From a virus (lineage: Duplodnaviria; Heunggongvirae; Uroviricota; Caudoviricetes): DNA of 9,260 nt. Position 1 is the first letter of the stretch, and the number at the start of each line of letters is the position of its first letter. Positions 7,014 to 9,260 of this stretch are shown piece after piece. The stretch lies in IMG/VR virus record IMGVR_UViG_2671180543_000004, one strand, 5' to 3'. Both the position numbers and the translations under genes were made by a program. The notes beneath the pieces are model-generated. The model searched no databases, was not told where the DNA came from, and was given only the letters and a program-made list of their open reading frames with translations.

Positions 7014-8924
7014 TCACTCCTCCGGACAGCTTCGCTGCCAGTTCTTCAAGGGTCGGTTGTGCAGTTGCATCCTTGCGGGATGCAACTGCACAGCCAGATC
7101 AAGTTGCCAGCGTTGCACGGACACACGTAATGCCGCATAGGCATACACCAGGCAGTCCAGCGCTTCGTTACGCCGCTTTTTGTTATCCCACAACAGACGC
7201 ATCTTTCCTTTTTCCCACTTTTCCACCAGTTCCTCCGCCACCAGTTGTTGTGCCTCTGTCTGCGAAAAAATCTCCGGATTATCAGGAAAGCGGATGGCAT
7301 ACGATGTGGCCTCATTCACAGGGGTGGGATCGGCCTTCATTCGGGCATAGAGAATTTCTTTTGCGGTATCCGTCCCCACCTCACACAGATACACACCCCG
7401 CTGATTGCGGGTTTTCGGCATGGTGATCACCGGCTTGCCATAGACAGAGGCACCTTTTACCGGCAGTACCCGGAAAATACCGTGTTTTTTTGACCTCTGA
7501 TACACGATTTCGCCATCGATCCCCCCGATATCCCAGCAGACACGGGAAATGGTCATTTCGGTACCGTCTGCATGGCGGTATTTTTTATTGATCGCCGCAT
7601 CCACACGTAACAGCGTCTCTTCCTCATCAGGACGTCCCATGATGATGATTTTATCCACCAGAAAGGCTTCCTCTCCCGGAGCCCACCCCCAGACATACAT
7701 CTCAAAACGGTTTCGCTGCGAGTCAATGCCCGCCGTCAGATAAACCACCCGGACAGGCACCGTTGCCGTGTAAGGCACAACCTTATCCATCAGTACCTGG
7801 TGATCGAGTTTTTCGCCCACGGCCTCTTCCCAGGTCTCGCCCAGCGTGGTGTTCACAAAAGTTTTCACGCCGTTGGGATCTTTCAGTGCATCCAGCCAGT
7901 CACAGACTATCTGTACCCTGGTGGTGAACGGACTGTACGCCGTCCATATATGGAAAGTGATGGAGCGCGGCGGCGGAATTTCATTACCCGAAGCACTGAA
8001 AAACGTCAGACCGTCACACGTCCACATCCCGGTATTGTCACAAATCCAGCGCCCCCCGGTCTGATCAAGTTCAGACTGACGGATCACGCAGCCATTATGT
8101 TCACACAGGTAATACACCGTTTCCGGTTTACCCTTCTCCCATTTCAGGCCAAACGACGTCGCATCATCGCCAAACTTCAGATACTGCTCCTCCCCGCAAT
8201 GAGGGCAAGGGACATAAAACCGCATGAAATGCGCAGATTCATTCGCAGCTTTTTCAATCTGACAGGAGCCTTTAATTTTTGGCGTTGAACCGCGTATGGA
8301 TTTTGGCCATACCGAACCTTCAATACGTTTATCGCCAAGCAGTGTTGGCGAACCTTCTTTTTCCACATCCGGTTCAAACGAGGAGAGTTCGTCATAGCAG
8401 ACCACATCGACAGATTTTTCACGGTAGTTTTTGGCAGCAGCACCACCCAAACACCAGAACCCCACACCAGAGGAAAAACGCTTCAGTGTGAGCGTATTAT
8501 CCCGGTGTTTCCGGCCCAGCCAGGGAGAAAGTTTTTTCAGGCAAGGAACATCACGAATTGTTGCTTCCACGTGAGACTTCATAAAATCTTCAGCAGCTGA
8601 GTCCGTCGGCTGAAAAAGAAGAGTGTTGCGGGATTTGTGCTCAATAAAATACCCGATCACACCAAGCACCATTTTTGTATAACCAACACGGGCAGATTTA
8701 ATCAGGTTAACTGTACGAATCTCGTCATTGCCCATGCAGTTCATGATGGCGACCTGAAACTGCAGCGTTTTCCATTCCCCCTCACCGTATGACGATTCTT
8801 TAGGCAGGTAATAATTTTGATCGGCCCATTCTACAGCCGTCACCGGCAATACCCTGACCAGTGGCTGCAGTGCGATAGTGACTGCCACCATCATATTACT
8901 CAGTTGTTGTTCTGATATATTCAT
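7014..8924 (-). CDS. A: Terminase large subunit (lambda gpA-like), 636 aa
   Basis: Alignable with lambda gpA along its whole length (MNISEQQ... vs lambda MNISNSQ...; TAVEWADQNYYLPKESSYGEGEWKTL vs PQTAVEWADANYYLPKESAYQEGRWETL; KSARVGYTK ATPase motif; FMRFYVPCPHCGEEQYLKFGD; YLTAGIDSQ; RRNEALDC). The ORF track extends to a TTG at 8981, but homology begins at ATG 8922-8924 (MNIS). Stop TGA at 7014-7016. Confidence 0.95.
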   Translation of the reverse strand: MNISEQQLSNMMVAVTIALQPLVRVLPVTAVEWADQNYYLPKESSYGEGEWKTLQFQVAIMNCMGNDEIRTVNLIKSARVGYTKMVLGVIGYFIEHKSRNTLLFQPTDSAAEDFMKSHVEATIRDVPCLKKLSPWLGRKHRDNTLTLKRFSSGVGFWCLGGAAAKNYREKSVDVVCYDELSSFEPDVEKEGSPTLLGDKRIEGSVWPKSIRGSTPKIKGSCQIEKAANESAHFMRFYVPCPHCGEEQYLKFGDDATSFGLKWEKGKPETVYYLCEHNGCVIRQSELDQTGGRWICDNTGMWTCDGLTFFSASGNEIPPPRSITFHIWTAYSPFTTRVQIVCDWLDALKDPNGVKTFVNTTLGETWEEAVGEKLDHQVLMDKVVPYTATVPVRVVYLTAGIDSQRNRFEMYVWGWAPGEEAFLVDKIIIMGRPDEEETLLRVDAAINKKYRHADGTEMTISRVCWDIGGIDGEIVYQRSKKHGIFRVLPVKGASVYGKPVITMPKTRNQRGVYLCEVGTDTAKEILYARMKADPTPVNEATSYAIRFPDNPEIFSQTEAQQLVAEELVEKWEKGKMRLLWDNKKRRNEALDCLVYAYAALRVSVQRWQLDLAVQLHPARMQLHNRPLKNWQRSCPEE

Positions 8925-9219
8925 CGAGTAAATCCGGTAATTTATCCCCCGCACGCGCGCACTGATTCGCTCCCTTAGCAATAAGGATTTTCAGATGATC
9001 AATATGACGCGGCGTTAAATCCGGGAACTGTCGTTGCATGGACAAAGGAATGGAGTCAAGCGTACTGGATAAAGCCATCGCCAGCTTACTAAGGGCAAAA
9101 ATACAAAATCCGGTATCGATAAGATTTCCTTTTGACACCTGATTTTTTAACTGCTGTGCGACAGCCTGTTCTGCGGTCAGTTCCCATCTGGCAATGAGTA
9201 GTTTGAGGTGTACTGGCAA
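8896..9219 (-). CDS. nu1: Terminase small subunit (lambda Nu1-like), C-terminal portion only; possibly N-terminally truncated
   Basis: Translation ...TGFCIFALSKLAMALSSTLDSIPLSMQRQFPDLTPRHIDHLKILIAKGANQ...LPDLLDEYI aligns with the C-terminal half of lambda Nu1 (recalled ...TAFCTFVLSRIAGEIASILDGLPLSVQRRFPELENRHVDFLKRDIIKAMNK...IPGLLSEYI). Stop TAA at 8896-8898. The 3' end overlaps the A start (8924) by 29 nt, as in lambda. The ORF opens with TTG at 9217-9219 and an in-frame TAG lies at 9229-9231, so the N-terminal domain is not encoded in this frame. Confidence 0.75.
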   Translation of the reverse strand: MPVHLKLLIARWELTAEQAVAQQLKNQVSKGNLIDTGFCIFALSKLAMALSSTLDSIPLSMQRQFPDLTPRHIDHLKILIAKGANQCARAGDKLPDLLDEYIRTTTE

Positions 9220-9260
9220 TAGCGGACACTACCATTTGTTCTTTTTTTAAGCAGCCATCT

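Noticed and set aside
8925-9260. cos site (cosN, cosB) near the terminase genes
   Set aside because: No match to the lambda cosN core GGGCGGCGACCT or its reverse complement is visible in the window. cos is expected upstream of the nu1 start, which lies beyond the window end.
1-9260. Defence system, toxin-antitoxin pair, moron or other accessory cargo
   Set aside because: Every substantial minus-strand ORF is accounted for by a lambda head or tail homologue in canonical order, and the intergenic spacers are too short for extra genes, except the masked gaps, which cannot be assessed.

Overview
This window is the head-morphogenesis and head-tail joining part of a lambda-like (lambdoid, cos-type) phage or prophage late operon. 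Every credible gene is on the minus strand, in lambda gene order: nu1 (C-terminal part only) - A (terminase large subunit) - W - B (portal, frameshifted) - C/Nu3 (protease-scaffold) - D - E (major capsid) - FI - FII - Z - U - V (partial, runs off the window start). Identifications rest on by-eye alignment of the supplied translations against lambda protein sequences recalled from memory; no database search was run. Two N-masked gaps (193-442 and 3821-3932) hide the U/V junction and part of the C C-terminus. I see no defence system, moron, or unfamiliar gene cassette, so nothing here looks like a previously undescribed system. Points worth a second look: a +1 frameshift in a homopolymer that splits the portal gene; a 150-bp tandem repeat that expands the C-terminal module of C relative to lambda; a Nu1 homologue whose N-terminal DNA-binding region is not encoded in frame; and a terminator-like hairpin just after the major capsid gene. 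Plus-strand ORFs are antisense to conserved structural genes and are treated as spurious.
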